Counted from the stretch's first letter, positions 46,464-56,685 are shown. The stretch: 64,000 bases of DNA from SAR116 cluster bacterium AG-335-B03 (GCA_003282435.1 QBZG01000002.1:44967-108966), one strand, 5' to 3'. The notes: generated by a model from the sequence alone, not told the origin. Translations and numbers: made by a program.

Positions 46464-47809
46464 ATATCACTTGTACAATCCCCACCGGGATATCGACTTT
46501 CGTGGCACCTACTTGGGCCGTTAGGTTCTTTACCAAAGTCTAAAATGAAGTCTTTATTAATTTTCATACCACCATTCACTACATCACAGTCAATCATAAC
46601 CATAACTCCACCTTCAGTTCTAATTTCAGGATAGAATTGATTATCCCAAGTTGAAAAAAGGGAAGTTGTAACATACATGCGCTTACCATCTAACGATAAC
46701 TGATACATTTGCGGACCACCCGCAACCTTAACACCATTGACAATGGGTGCTTTTCCCAAAAGACCACCCATCCATATTTGGCCTGTCAACACTGGGTTAT
46801 GAGGGTCTGATATGTTATATTGTCTCATATCACCGTGTAGCCAATTGTTTATATAAAGATATTTATCGTCCATAGATACCAACAGAGCCGACATCACACC
46901 CGGAATTGGTATAGGCCAATCAGGATGTGGTTCATTATCAATATCTATGATTTTTTCCCATTCCCATTTACCGTCTTTGGATTTCCAGAAATGTATCACA
47001 TTGGCACTCAAAGCCGCCCCACAAAATCCATGGCTACTATTTGGATCATGCATAAATTTAACTTCTAGAGGAATAAGCCCATCTTCACCTAAATATATTG
47101 TTTCAATTGGCTTTTTCTTTTCAAAGTCCCAAATATGTAATCGTCTTCCATACTTAAGATGCCCAACTTCTTCTAGGTCAAATCCTGGCATAAACGTATT
47201 TGGTGCTGCCCATTCAGAACTAACCATAACATTGTGACGTGGTTGATACCAAAAATCATAACTAAATGGTACGTCTCCCATAGAGTTTTCCCAACGGCCA
47301 ACAATCTCAAACTCTTTATTCAGATGTAAGTAGCCACCTGGAGCCTCTCCTTTTGCATCTCCAAGGAAAGAAATAATTATTTCTGATCCAAGACAATGAA
47401 CAGTGTGTGGACCAGACAAATTTGTTTCGGATTTAATTTTAGCACCGTCAACAACCTTATGTAAACTAGGGGCGTGTGGGTTTGTTGCTGTATCAATAAC
47501 ATATATATTATTTGATCTAACGCCTGGAACTAAAAGATATTTTCTAGTCATTTTTTCGTCGCCATGACAAGAGGAACACGCATTCCATCCCATATGGTGT
47601 AACTCATCACCAATTCCAGGCATTTCAAGTCTATGAATTACCTGTGAATAATTTTGACTTTCAGGATTTACATCAATTGTTGCTAGATAATCAGGTTTTT
47701 GTATACCAGTGCCTGTGTAAATAGCAATAGTATATAACAATTTTTCCCGAGGTGCTCTAACTGCTTCGGAGGGACTCGCGTATCCTGGGCCGCAACATAA
47801 TCCATCCAT
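46454..47809 (-). CDS. Selenium-binding protein SBP56 / methanethiol oxidase-like
   Basis: GPGYASP, PDYLATIDV, GDELHH.GWNACSSC, PHTVHC, YDFWYQPRHNVMVSSEW, GGPQM.QLSLDGKR, WDNQFYP, GGDCTSDIW; no signal peptide. Confidence 0.92.
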   Translation of the reverse strand: MDGLCCGPGYASPSEAVRAPREKLLYTIAIYTGTGIQKPDYLATIDVNPESQNYSQVIHRLEMPGIGDELHHMGWNACSSCHGDEKMTRKYLLVPGVRSNNIYVIDTATNPHAPSLHKVVDGAKIKSETNLSGPHTVHCLGSEIIISFLGDAKGEAPGGYLHLNKEFEIVGRWENSMGDVPFSYDFWYQPRHNVMVSSEWAAPNTFMPGFDLEEVGHLKYGRRLHIWDFEKKKPIETIYLGEDGLIPLEVKFMHDPNSSHGFCGAALSANVIHFWKSKDGKWEWEKIIDIDNEPHPDWPIPIPGVMSALLVSMDDKYLYINNWLHGDMRQYNISDPHNPVLTGQIWMGGLLGKAPIVNGVKVAGGPQMYQLSLDGKRMYVTTSLFSTWDNQFYPEIRTEGGVMVMIDCDVVNGGMKINKDFILDFGKEPNGPSRCHESRYPGGDCTSDIWL

Positions 47810-47979
47810 TATTAGGCTCCTTAGTCAAAATTCTATTAATTTATTTATATATTTATAAATGAGGCACTACAAGGTGAAAAAATTATTTTTAAAAACATTA
47901 GAAATATAACTTTTTGTGTCTTGTTAAATAAAAAAAACTAGTACAATCTTAAAACATTGACACATACATCGAGGTTTAA

Positions 47980-48585
47980 ATGAAACTTTATTTTGCACCA
48001 AATTCGAGGGCCGTTAGAATTGCATGGTTACTAGAAGAGCTTGAATTGTCTTACACCTTAGAAAAATACTCAGTTGGTGACAGGGCGTTACGTACTCCTG
48101 AGTATTATAAGTTACATCCTATGGGAAGAGTGCCTGTTTTAGAAGATGGTAATGTAAAAATTTATGAATCTGGTGCAATCGTACAATACTTGTTGGCTCG
48201 ACACGGTGATGGCAAATTGCAACCTCAAATTAAAGATCCTGCTTTTCCAGACTATCTTCAGTGGCTTCATTATGCTGAGGGTTCTATTATGCAACAAGTA
48301 AATACCATAGTAGTGGAAACAATTTTACTTCCTCCAGAAAAGAAAAATGATGTAAATGTCGCTAGAGCATTAAAACTTCTTAAAATTGCACTAGTGAATG
48401 TAGATAACAGATTAAAAGATAGAGATTATCTAACAGGTATTTTTTCTGGGGCAGATATAATGACAGGACATGCTTGTTATGCGGCGAGAAGGCTAAAAAT
48501 AGATATTTCAGACTTGATTAATTTAAATCAATATATTGATAGATTACTATCAAGAACAGCATTAAAAAAAGCTATTTCATTATAA
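47980..48585 (+). CDS. Glutathione S-transferase
   Basis: SRAVRIAWLLEEL, HPMGRVPVL, ESGAI, FSGADI. Confidence 0.9.
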   Translation: MKLYFAPNSRAVRIAWLLEELELSYTLEKYSVGDRALRTPEYYKLHPMGRVPVLEDGNVKIYESGAIVQYLLARHGDGKLQPQIKDPAFPDYLQWLHYAEGSIMQQVNTIVVETILLPPEKKNDVNVARALKLLKIALVNVDNRLKDRDYLTGIFSGADIMTGHACYAARRLKIDISDLINLNQYIDRLLSRTALKKAISL

Positions 48586-48616
48586 AATTAATAAAGAATA
48601 AGGTGTACAAAATACT

Positions 48617-49384
48617 ATGGAGTTTAATAATAAATTAGGGTCTATTCAGCAACAATTGACGTCAACTAATATTGGTGTATTGAGAAGACAAGCATTATTA
48701 AAAGAATTAAATTTACAAAAAGGGCAAACTATTATCGACATCGGTTGTGGTGGTGGACATCTAGTTAAAGAAATATCTTTATGTATTGGCTCTGATGGAA
48801 AAGCTATAGGCGTTGATCCAAGTGAATTTCAAATTAACTCTGCTAAAAAAATGTGTAGTGATCTCACAAATGTAGAATTATTATGCTGTAATGCAAATAG
48901 TATTAATGTTGACCAAGGTTCATGTGACGCAGTTACTTTTACCCAAACACTTGAATATATAGAAAATGTTGATGAAGCACTTATTGTAGCAAAACGTCTT
49001 CAAAAAGCTAATTCTAAGCTTGCAAATATATCTACATTATGGGATTTTTTTGGGTTTCATGGTCCTGAAAAAGAATTAAATGATATGATACATGATAGCT
49101 ACAGAAGCCAAAAACATCCTATGCTTCCAACTCAATTAAATGGAAAACTTGAAAAGCAAGGTTATACAAACATTAAAAATCAAGAAATCTCATTTTTTAT
49201 TACTAATAAGGATGAAAACTCATTTCCAAAATTTCATGAAATAAACATGGTAAGCGCTGCTATTAAAAATGGTGTATCAAAAGATTTAGTTCTAGATTGG
49301 CAAAGTCAGCTTAATAAGGCTGAAAAGGAAGGAAGGTTTGCATTTACTGTTATAAGTATACTCACATCTGCCTTTTCCATATAA
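48617..49384 (+). CDS. Class I SAM-dependent methyltransferase
   Basis: IDIGCGGG, GVDPS, QTLEY. Confidence 0.82.
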   Translation: MEFNNKLGSIQQQLTSTNIGVLRRQALLKELNLQKGQTIIDIGCGGGHLVKEISLCIGSDGKAIGVDPSEFQINSAKKMCSDLTNVELLCCNANSINVDQGSCDAVTFTQTLEYIENVDEALIVAKRLQKANSKLANISTLWDFFGFHGPEKELNDMIHDSYRSQKHPMLPTQLNGKLEKQGYTNIKNQEISFFITNKDENSFPKFHEINMVSAAIKNGVSKDLVLDWQSQLNKAEKEGRFAFTVISILTSAFSI

Positions 49385-49443
49385 AATAATTAATTATTTA
49401 CTTTATATTAATTAGGCTAAGCCCTCAGAAAATATTATAGTAT

Positions 49444-49477
49444 AAAAAAACCCAAAAACTGAATTTTTGGGTATTTT
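49444..49477. terminator. Bidirectional terminator between convergent genes
   Basis: A-run, ACCCAAAAA-ctgaa-TTTTTGGGT, T-run. Confidence 0.6.
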
Positions 49478-49501
49478 AAAATGATCTTAATTTTAAAAAA
49501 A

Positions 49502-49759
49502 TTAGGTTTTTGTCAGTTGATACACTTCATGTGAAAGACCAAGTTCTAGTTCCATTTTTTTAAACTCATCTGAAGTCATAAATTGGCCTACCATTTCTTG
49601 GTCAAAGACTTCAGTACTTATCATTGCAGTATTTTCGTCCACCTTACCAACTGTTGTATTTCTCATCATTTTGGATTGTACTTCAGCGTCTGAGTCAAAT
49701 TTTTTCTTCCATTCATCGTAGGTAACATTACTGATTTTAACTATTATAAGAGTGTTCAT
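49502..49759 (-). CDS. Small hypothetical protein, DUF3764-like
   Basis: 85 aa; KISNVTYDEWKKKFD resembles marine DUF3764 proteins. Confidence 0.6.
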   Translation of the reverse strand: MNTLIIVKISNVTYDEWKKKFDSDAEVQSKMMRNTTVGKVDENTAMISTEVFDQEMVGQFMTSDEFKKMELELGLSHEVYQLTKT

Positions 49760-49777
49760 AAAATTATACCTATATTA

Positions 49778-50059
49778 TTAATCTGTAACGTCCATAACAT
49801 TGGGCATTTCTTTTATGTCATTATGAAACATGTCTGCCATTTCACCTAAGGTATCTGTGATAGCTTCTGGAGAGTTGGCTTTCCACCAACAAAACATAAC
49901 CATATCATTTTTCTCGTTATTCCAATTCATCTGAAAACTAGCATTGTCATTTTTCATATTCTTACGTATATCATCAGCAGTCATATCTTTTGAAGCTTCA
50001 AAATACTGCTCTCTCATTTCTTCTGACTTAAATGTGTGCGCTACCATATAATCCTTCAT
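49778..50059 (-). CDS. Small hypothetical protein (DUF4242-like alpha+beta barrel)
   Basis: YMVAHTF...MFCWWKANSPEAI; RBS ggagag. Confidence 0.6.
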   Translation of the reverse strand: MKDYMVAHTFKSEEMREQYFEASKDMTADDIRKNMKNDNASFQMNWNNEKNDMVMFCWWKANSPEAITDTLGEMADMFHNDIKEMPNVMDVTD

Positions 50060-50200
50060 TATTATCTCTCCATTTATATTTTTTTGTTATAGATTTATTT
50101 ATTAGATTAAAATATTTTACTTTAGTAATTTCTCATCTGCAAAACATTTTTATCAGCATGCATAATGAGATCATTGTTATTGTCAACTTAAGGATATTTC

Positions 50201-51565
50201 TCAATATAAGTTTTCATAAATTCTTTCATAACTAATATTCTTCCAGTTTATTTTTGAAAGGAATTCGTCTGCAATTTTTGCTATGTAGTTATCCGAATTA
50301 TAATGTCCAACAATTTGGAAGCCCACTGGTAAACCGCTTGTGGATAGACCACATGGTATTGATATACATGGGTGTCCAGTGACATTAAATGGTGAACGAG
50401 CGTTCCTCATGTAATATTTTTTAATGTCTTTAATGTTACCAATTTCAAATGGCAAATCAAAATTCGTTAGAGTTATCAAGATATCAAAATTATTCAATAC
50501 TGAGTCCATTTTAAAAGATAATTCTTTTTTTCGCTGGATTGATATTTGGTACGCCTCATTTGTTATAAATTTACCTGTGATTAATCTGTTGAAAGTTAAT
50601 TCATCAATTTTGTCTTCATTATCTTCAATTATTTTTTTGAATTGTAAATAACCTTCTCTAGCCATGATCATACCATTAATCTTTTGATATGTTTGAAGCT
50701 TATCAAGACTTACTCTAGAAATAACAGCTCCATTTTTTTCAAATACTCTAACTGCTTTTTGAAACAACATTCCAACTTCGTCACTTGCTATCAAATCATT
50801 ATTATAAAAATGCTCTATTACTCCTATCTTAAGTTTTTCAATGGGTTTTCTATCTACTTTATGTTGTCTTCTTAATACAGAGTAAACCAGAGATATATCT
50901 TTTCCACTTCTAGCCATTGGTCCTACATGATCGATCGTCCTTGCAAGTGGTTGAACACCATCCATTAATAGAGCGTTATAACTTGGCTTAAGGCCTACAA
51001 TTCCACACATGGAAGATGGGTTTCTTATTGAACCACCGGAGTCAGTTCCCAACGCAAAAGGTAACAGGAAACCACCAACTGCAGATCCTGATCCACTTGA
51101 TGATCCACCAGCTGTTTTGGTCAAATCCCACGGATTACTTGAAGGTTTATTGATACCATTTAGCGTAGGTGCTCCTATAGCTAATTCATGTGTATGTAAT
51201 TTGCCAATATAAATTGCACCTTCGTCGATTAGGTTTTTAACGATCACTGCATCTTTTTTTTTAATTTTCGAATTTATAAAACTCTTAGAGCCATTTAATG
51301 TTCTTTCATATTTTATATCTATAACATCTTTAACTCCAAATGGTATACCCTCCAATTTTCTTTCTGTCTTACTTAAAAATCTTTTCTCTGATAATTTAGC
51401 TTGCTTTATAGATGTTTGTTCAGAAATTGAAATAAAGGCATTTAGTTTAGGATTTAATTTTTCTATTATTTGAAATGTATTTTGTAAATGCTCAACTGGA
51501 GAGATTTTTCTTAAACGATATGCTTTTATTAAATCATAAATTGAGTAAAAATTTGTATTATCCAT
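50201..51565 (-). CDS. Amidase signature family protein
   Basis: GVKD, GGSSSGSG, GTDSGGSIRNPS, FNVTGHP, GLPVG. Confidence 0.9.
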   Translation of the reverse strand: MDNTNFYSIYDLIKAYRLRKISPVEHLQNTFQIIEKLNPKLNAFISISEQTSIKQAKLSEKRFLSKTERKLEGIPFGVKDVIDIKYERTLNGSKSFINSKIKKKDAVIVKNLIDEGAIYIGKLHTHELAIGAPTLNGINKPSSNPWDLTKTAGGSSSGSGSAVGGFLLPFALGTDSGGSIRNPSSMCGIVGLKPSYNALLMDGVQPLARTIDHVGPMARSGKDISLVYSVLRRQHKVDRKPIEKLKIGVIEHFYNNDLIASDEVGMLFQKAVRVFEKNGAVISRVSLDKLQTYQKINGMIMAREGYLQFKKIIEDNEDKIDELTFNRLITGKFITNEAYQISIQRKKELSFKMDSVLNNFDILITLTNFDLPFEIGNIKDIKKYYMRNARSPFNVTGHPCISIPCGLSTSGLPVGFQIVGHYNSDNYIAKIADEFLSKINWKNISYERIYENLY

Positions 51566-51634
51566 TTATGGCCTTATATAAAATAAATTTTTAATAAATA
51601 TTAAAGTAAATATATTTGCTAAAATTTCTGGAAT

Positions 51635-52432
51635 TTACCCTCTTGGCCTTGCTGACAATGAACATCCACCATCTACAACCATGAGGTGTCCGGTTATATA
51701 TCTTGCCCAATTAGACGATAAATAAACAACTGCTTTCCCAATATCCCAACCATCTCCTTCTACTTGAATAAGAGACGCATTTTGTCTCTGAGAACGATGG
51801 CTAGCTGTCATCCCTGAAGAATACACCATTGGTGTATAGACTGGTCCAGGAAGAATACAGTTTACTCTTATTCCATCAGCACCATGATCAACAGCCATTG
51901 CTTGACTAAGTGATAGAACTGCACCTTTTGAGGCAGAGTAGGATGTTAAACCTTTAGGTCTTGTTGCAGAAATGGAAGAAATATTAACAATTGATCCACC
52001 TTCACCAGTATTGATCATTGCTGGAATAGAATACTTTGACATTAGAAACATTGGTTTTAAATTAACTTTAATAATCTTATCCCAATCATCTTCTGATTCT
52101 TCCACCACTGATAATTTGCTTGCAATTCCAATGTTGTTATCAAGTATATCAAGCCTTCCCCAATTATTTAAAGCTAAGTTGACAACCTTTTTACATTGAT
52201 CAGACTTTGTTAAATCTCCCCCTACTCCTAAAGCCTCTCCACCTCTATCTTTAATCATTTGAACAGTATTATTTGCAAACTCTTCACTTCTGTCAGCAAC
52301 AAGTACCTTTGCACCAGCCTCTGCGAGCAATATAGAGGCAGCTCTTCCATTGCCTATGTCTTTGCCAAATGCCCCTCCTCCAGCAACAATAGCCACTTTA
52401 TTTTTTATGCCAAAATCGAGTGTGCCATTCAT
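51635..52432 (-). CDS. Short-chain dehydrogenase/reductase
   Basis: IGNGRA, NNIGI, NISS, YSASK, IRVNCILPG, VDGG. Confidence 0.9.
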   Translation of the reverse strand: MNGTLDFGIKNKVAIVAGGGAFGKDIGNGRAASILLAEAGAKVLVADRSEEFANNTVQMIKDRGGEALGVGGDLTKSDQCKKVVNLALNNWGRLDILDNNIGIASKLSVVEESEDDWDKIIKVNLKPMFLMSKYSIPAMINTGEGGSIVNISSISATRPKGLTSYSASKGAVLSLSQAMAVDHGADGIRVNCILPGPVYTPMVYSSGMTASHRSQRQNASLIQVEGDGWDIGKAVVYLSSNWARYITGHLMVVDGGCSLSARPRG

Positions 52433-52475
52433 TTATTATCCCTCCTTATTATTAATGAAATTTTTGGTAAAACTA

Positions 52476-52808
52476 TTAATTTCCATAAATCACAGATATT
52501 GATTCTGTTTTAATGCTTGTTGATTTAGGTGAAAGTTTATCTCGGTATGGATAGATCATTTCATTCCCAATTTTTTCTAAAATATCAAAATGTTTAAAGT
52601 CATCTAGCGTCCATATGGCTACCATTATATTTGGTGACTCCGTTGATCTAGTTATTTCTAATTCACTTCCAGGCAATCTATCTATATAAATAGGCCATTG
52701 TTGTTTCAATACCATAATAAACATCTCGCAATCTTCTTTAGATAAAAATGTATTAGTAATTACTCTTCTAAATCGTTGCTTTGGCTCGTAATTTTTCCAA
52801 CTCATCAC
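52476..52808 (-). CDS. Hypothetical protein, possible ABM-like barrel
   Basis: 110 aa beta-alpha-beta-beta-alpha-beta pattern; co-oriented with the SDR gene. Confidence 0.55.
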   Translation of the reverse strand: MMSWKNYEPKQRFRRVITNTFLSKEDCEMFIMVLKQQWPIYIDRLPGSELEITRSTESPNIMVAIWTLDDFKHFDILEKIGNEMIYPYRDKLSPKSTSIKTESISVIYGN

Positions 52809-53023
52809 TTGTCCTGAACTATAATTAATAAATTATAATTTAATTTAATTATAATATCATAAAAAAAACTAGTAACTATTTGCAGTATTATTAAGTTTTA
52901 TGAAATATTTTTTGAGTTTTAGGAATATGAATTATTTTAATTTCAGGTGTTTTGTACTAGTATTTAACATTATTAATACTGTTTGATCTATGTGTTTTCA
53001 TACAACGAAGGAGAATTAAAAAT

Positions 53024-53506
53024 ATGAACATAATATCTAGGAGCTTTGATCCAAAATTAGTAGAATGGAGAAATGTAACAGACCCCGATTGCAAAGAATT
53101 TAAAGTTGATTTCGATTATAGTCTTCTTGGGTATGATATAAAATCAGGACGTCTAGATATGCTTTTGAGATATGCAAGTTTAAGTCACTGCCGAAGACAC
53201 AGGCATGTTGCGTCAACTTTAACAATGGTTTTAGAAGGTGAGCAACACCTTACTGAATGGCAACTTGATGGATCTAAAAAATCTATTTCTAGAAAAAAGG
53301 GCGATTATGCACTTGCGGGTGCAGACGCTCTTCCACATGACGAAAGAGGTGGAAAAAGTGGAGGTACTGTTCTTCTATCTATGCATGCACAAGATGGAAT
53401 TTTATTTGAATATTTTGATGAAAATATGGAAAATGGATGGACATTATCTATAGATGAATATGTAGATAATTGGGAAAAAGGATTAATATACGGTCAAAGG
53501 AAATAA
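53024..53506 (+). CDS. Cupin domain protein
   Basis: HRH...VLEGE...PHDE metal-binding motifs; RBS aaggag. Confidence 0.75.
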   Translation: MNIISRSFDPKLVEWRNVTDPDCKEFKVDFDYSLLGYDIKSGRLDMLLRYASLSHCRRHRHVASTLTMVLEGEQHLTEWQLDGSKKSISRKKGDYALAGADALPHDERGGKSGGTVLLSMHAQDGILFEYFDENMENGWTLSIDEYVDNWEKGLIYGQRK

Positions 53507-53522
53507 ATATTATAATAATTCA

Positions 53523-54086
53523 ATGTTTCATATTTTAAATTTAGTAATATTTTTAACATTTTCATTTAGTTCAATTGCTCAACAAAATGACGTTGACATA
53601 AAAAATTATTGTTTAGATAGAACATGTACTAATCCAATAAAAGAGTTAAAAATTTCGAATTTTTTCTTCAAAACTAGAAATTGTGAAACTAAAGACTATA
53701 GAAAATGTTTGGTTTGGTTTGGCACTAAAAAAAATTCTAAAAGGATTAGCTGGGTAAAATACTATAGAATTGTAAATGGCCCTATTCCGAATAAACCGAG
53801 TTGCTTGCAGGGTAAACCAGTATGGTTTCAAGATTTGCCTTTTCCAAGGAAACAAAAAAACTTAAACTACTTAAAAATCTTTAACAATTTAAACTATCAA
53901 CATCGAGAAAAAATGTATTTTCATCGCCCTCCTATTGCGACTTTTAATTATTTTTCTTCTTCAGATAAATCCATAGGAATTCTGGTTCATAGCAAAAACT
54001 TCAAAGGCATTGAAAAAAATAAAATATTTATCTTTAATACTGAAAACGATGATATGAAAATAATTGAACCCATCTGTAAAAAGTAA
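53523..54086 (+). CDS. Hypothetical exported protein
   Basis: Signal peptide ending SIA; six Cys. Confidence 0.55.
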   Translation: MFHILNLVIFLTFSFSSIAQQNDVDIKNYCLDRTCTNPIKELKISNFFFKTRNCETKDYRKCLVWFGTKKNSKRISWVKYYRIVNGPIPNKPSCLQGKPVWFQDLPFPRKQKNLNYLKIFNNLNYQHREKMYFHRPPIATFNYFSSSDKSIGILVHSKNFKGIEKNKIFIFNTENDDMKIIEPICKK

Positions 54087-54112
54087 AGTTAAAAAAACTT
54101 ATGTAAAAAAAT

Positions 54113-54814
54113 TTATCTTGCTAACTTTATAAATATATCGCCCATTCCTGAACTTAATTCACTTATAGGAGTACTATTTCTAATGGGGCATAATCTACCT
54201 GTTATCTTATTAGAATAAATTTTTCTTAAATCTGAAGGTTGACAATAATTGGCATCATACAATAATCCAATTATTAATTTATCATTATGTGTTGTAACTT
54301 GTTTCTTATCTAAACTATTGCCGTCGCAGAAATAGCTCCTATTAACTTTTTTAGGAAAATCTTTTTTCATGCAAGGATTATCAATAATTAGGGCATATAA
54401 ATCTTTTGTAACGTCTTGAAATTTTTTCTTAATTTTTGTGACTTTTGCGTATTTCATTACATCACAAACACAAGGCCAACAACATTTGTAATAATATCCA
54501 CAAATATTTTTTGAAGTTCCATCTTCTTTTATGTTTATAAATTCAGGTTTTGAGCCTGGACTGATTAAAGATCCAGATACAGCACAATATAATTTATTGT
54601 ATTCTTGAAATTCTTCAAAATTTGTATATCTGTCAGAAATATATTTAAAAAATTTTGGTCCTGCAGCATTTCTATTTCCATCTGGAAATATTATACGCCA
54701 GTCCTTGGTCAGATTATTGTAGTATTTATCTTTATTATCTTTAGCTTGTACAACACTAAAATTTGAAAGTATTAACGTCAAAATAAGAGATAAGATGATT
54801 TTTAAGTTAAACAT
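54113..54814 (-). CDS. Cys-rich exported hypothetical protein
   Basis: Signal peptide ending VQA; YCAVSGS, CGYYYKCCWPCVCD; ten Cys. Confidence 0.7.
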   Translation of the reverse strand: MFNLKIILSLILTLILSNFSVVQAKDNKDKYYNNLTKDWRIIFPDGNRNAAGPKFFKYISDRYTNFEEFQEYNKLYCAVSGSLISPGSKPEFINIKEDGTSKNICGYYYKCCWPCVCDVMKYAKVTKIKKKFQDVTKDLYALIIDNPCMKKDFPKKVNRSYFCDGNSLDKKQVTTHNDKLIIGLLYDANYCQPSDLRKIYSNKITGRLCPIRNSTPISELSSGMGDIFIKLAR

Positions 54815-54818
54815 TATT

Positions 54819-56237
54819 TTAAATATCTTTTTTAAAAATATAAGTTTTGTTTAACTTATCTATTTTAAAATTGTTTGAAGATCCATCAGTCCATTTTATG
54901 GTAACACTCTCAACTTTTTCGTTTTTCCTTAGACCATAATGAGCGATAGGTTCCATTTGACAAAGATAACCAGATCCAGCGTCAATTGTTTTAGCATGTT
55001 TCCTTAAATTGGTATTTAGTATTACAGTTGATCCCCTAGCAGGGGCATTGTAAATAGTCTTTGGAAAAATTCTTAAATATCTAAAAGCTCTCTTAACATT
55101 TGCCTTATATAACGAAAGTGGTTGCAAACCAGATTCGCCATGAGATATTAATAATTCCAAAATTCCATCATTATCTATATCAGCAACAGCAGCACCTGTT
55201 CCCAGTCCATAAGTTTCTAATCCTATATTAAAGTCAATTTGATTTAATTTTCCATTATTAGAAATTTTAAAAAGTTTATTGGCCTCTCCAATATTATTTA
55301 TAAAAATTTCGTCATAACCATCATTATCAAAATCTGCTGAAATAACAGTTCTAACTCTTGATGGTGTTTTAAATGCTGAAGTCGCAACATCTTTAAATTT
55401 TTTGTCGCCTTTTAAAAATATTCTATGTTCACCTTCCCAGTTACCTGTTACAATATCAAGTTCTCCTCGATATAGAAAATCTGTAAGAGTTGTACCGCGA
55501 CCGTTTTCAAATACATCTTCAACACCAAACTTTTCAGCAAAATCTTTAAATATTCCGTCTTCATTAAAATATAAAAAATTGGGACCTCTTTCATTTGCAG
55601 CAAATATATCCATATGATTTCCTAAAATATGTCCTGAAACAGCTGCTCTTCCACCAGTAATTTTATCAATATTTAACGTTGGAGCTTTATCAATTATTTG
55701 ATTGTTTATTAACTCATAAAATCGAGTTGGACCACCATAATTTGCAACATAAAACCCATAAGTGCCAACACCAATTCTGTCGACACATACAACTGATCTT
55801 CCTGCTGTTAGATTTAAAGATTTTAAATTTTTTTCAATTTCAAATAAGTCAATAATCTTCGATTGATTATCAAGAAGGCGGTCTGAGTACTGTTTTCTCC
55901 CGCTATAAGTATCTGTGTTCAGAAAATATAATTCCTCAAAACCATCATTATCAATATCGCACGCGGCAACGCCAATAGTTGACCTTATATTGTCTGAAAA
56001 AACTTCTTCATTAATTAAGTTTTCTAAATAACCTTTTTTATAAGAAAGTGCTAAATTAGGATGCCTAAAACCTGTAACGATGAATTCAAATTGACCGTCT
56101 TTATTAAAATCCGTTACGGAAATACCATAGCTTAATCTTTCTTTATTATTTTTGATTATGTTAGAAATATCTTGAAAAAATTCTGCAGAAGCCATTTTAG
56201 TAATTAGAAAAAATGTAAAAAATATAAGTAATTTCAT
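54819..56237 (-). CDS. CRTAC1-like FG-GAP repeat / ASPIC-UnbV exported protein
   Basis: Repeats DFNKDG, DIDNDG, DFDNDG; C-terminal IDAGSGYLCQMEPIAHYGL, IKWTDG; signal peptide. Confidence 0.88.
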   Translation of the reverse strand: MKLLIFFTFFLITKMASAEFFQDISNIIKNNKERLSYGISVTDFNKDGQFEFIVTGFRHPNLALSYKKGYLENLINEEVFSDNIRSTIGVAACDIDNDGFEELYFLNTDTYSGRKQYSDRLLDNQSKIIDLFEIEKNLKSLNLTAGRSVVCVDRIGVGTYGFYVANYGGPTRFYELINNQIIDKAPTLNIDKITGGRAAVSGHILGNHMDIFAANERGPNFLYFNEDGIFKDFAEKFGVEDVFENGRGTTLTDFLYRGELDIVTGNWEGEHRIFLKGDKKFKDVATSAFKTPSRVRTVISADFDNDGYDEIFINNIGEANKLFKISNNGKLNQIDFNIGLETYGLGTGAAVADIDNDGILELLISHGESGLQPLSLYKANVKRAFRYLRIFPKTIYNAPARGSTVILNTNLRKHAKTIDAGSGYLCQMEPIAHYGLRKNEKVESVTIKWTDGSSNNFKIDKLNKTYIFKKDI

Positions 56238-56298
56238 TTAATATATATAACATAATAAATGATGTTTTTAAAATTTCTTTAACAAATATTTATTAAAG

Positions 56299-56685
56299 TT
56301 ATAAAACTTCAATAAGATTACTAATAGATAAGATTAGAATACATAAAAAAGTTAGTAGAGTTCCGCAAACTCTAAGAAATGGACTATACTTCATAAACCC
56401 AAAGGCAACACCATGCATAAATCTAGAAATTATAAAAAGAGTGGCTGTCATATATAACATATGTGGGTGAGCACCATTATACTCCGCAATGAAAAGTAGA
56501 ATTAGAAAAATTGGGGCATATTCAATTAAATTACCTTGAGCTCTAACCGCTCTTTGTAAGGCCTCTTCACCAAAATTATTGAATGAGAAGAATTTTAAAA
56601 AAGAAACCCCTCTTAATGCTATTACCCTAGCGGATAATATCAAAAGCCATATAGCAATTATTGATGTTAATAATGTTGATATCAT
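56299..56685 (-). CDS. MAPEG family membrane protein
   Basis: VIALR, RAVRAQGNLIEYAP, SRFMHG. Confidence 0.85.
   Translation of the reverse strand: MISTLLTSIIAIWLLILSARVIALRGVSFLKFFSFNNFGEEALQRAVRAQGNLIEYAPIFLILLFIAEYNGAHPHMLYMTATLFIISRFMHGVAFGFMKYSPFLRVCGTLLTFLCILILSISNLIEVL

Noticed and set aside
46454-47809. Gene symbol mtoX and a claim of recent horizontal transfer from higher GC
   Set aside because: It lacks the signal peptide and mauG context of MtoX; GC looks similar to other conserved enzymes here (e.g. frmA) and I cannot compute it reliably
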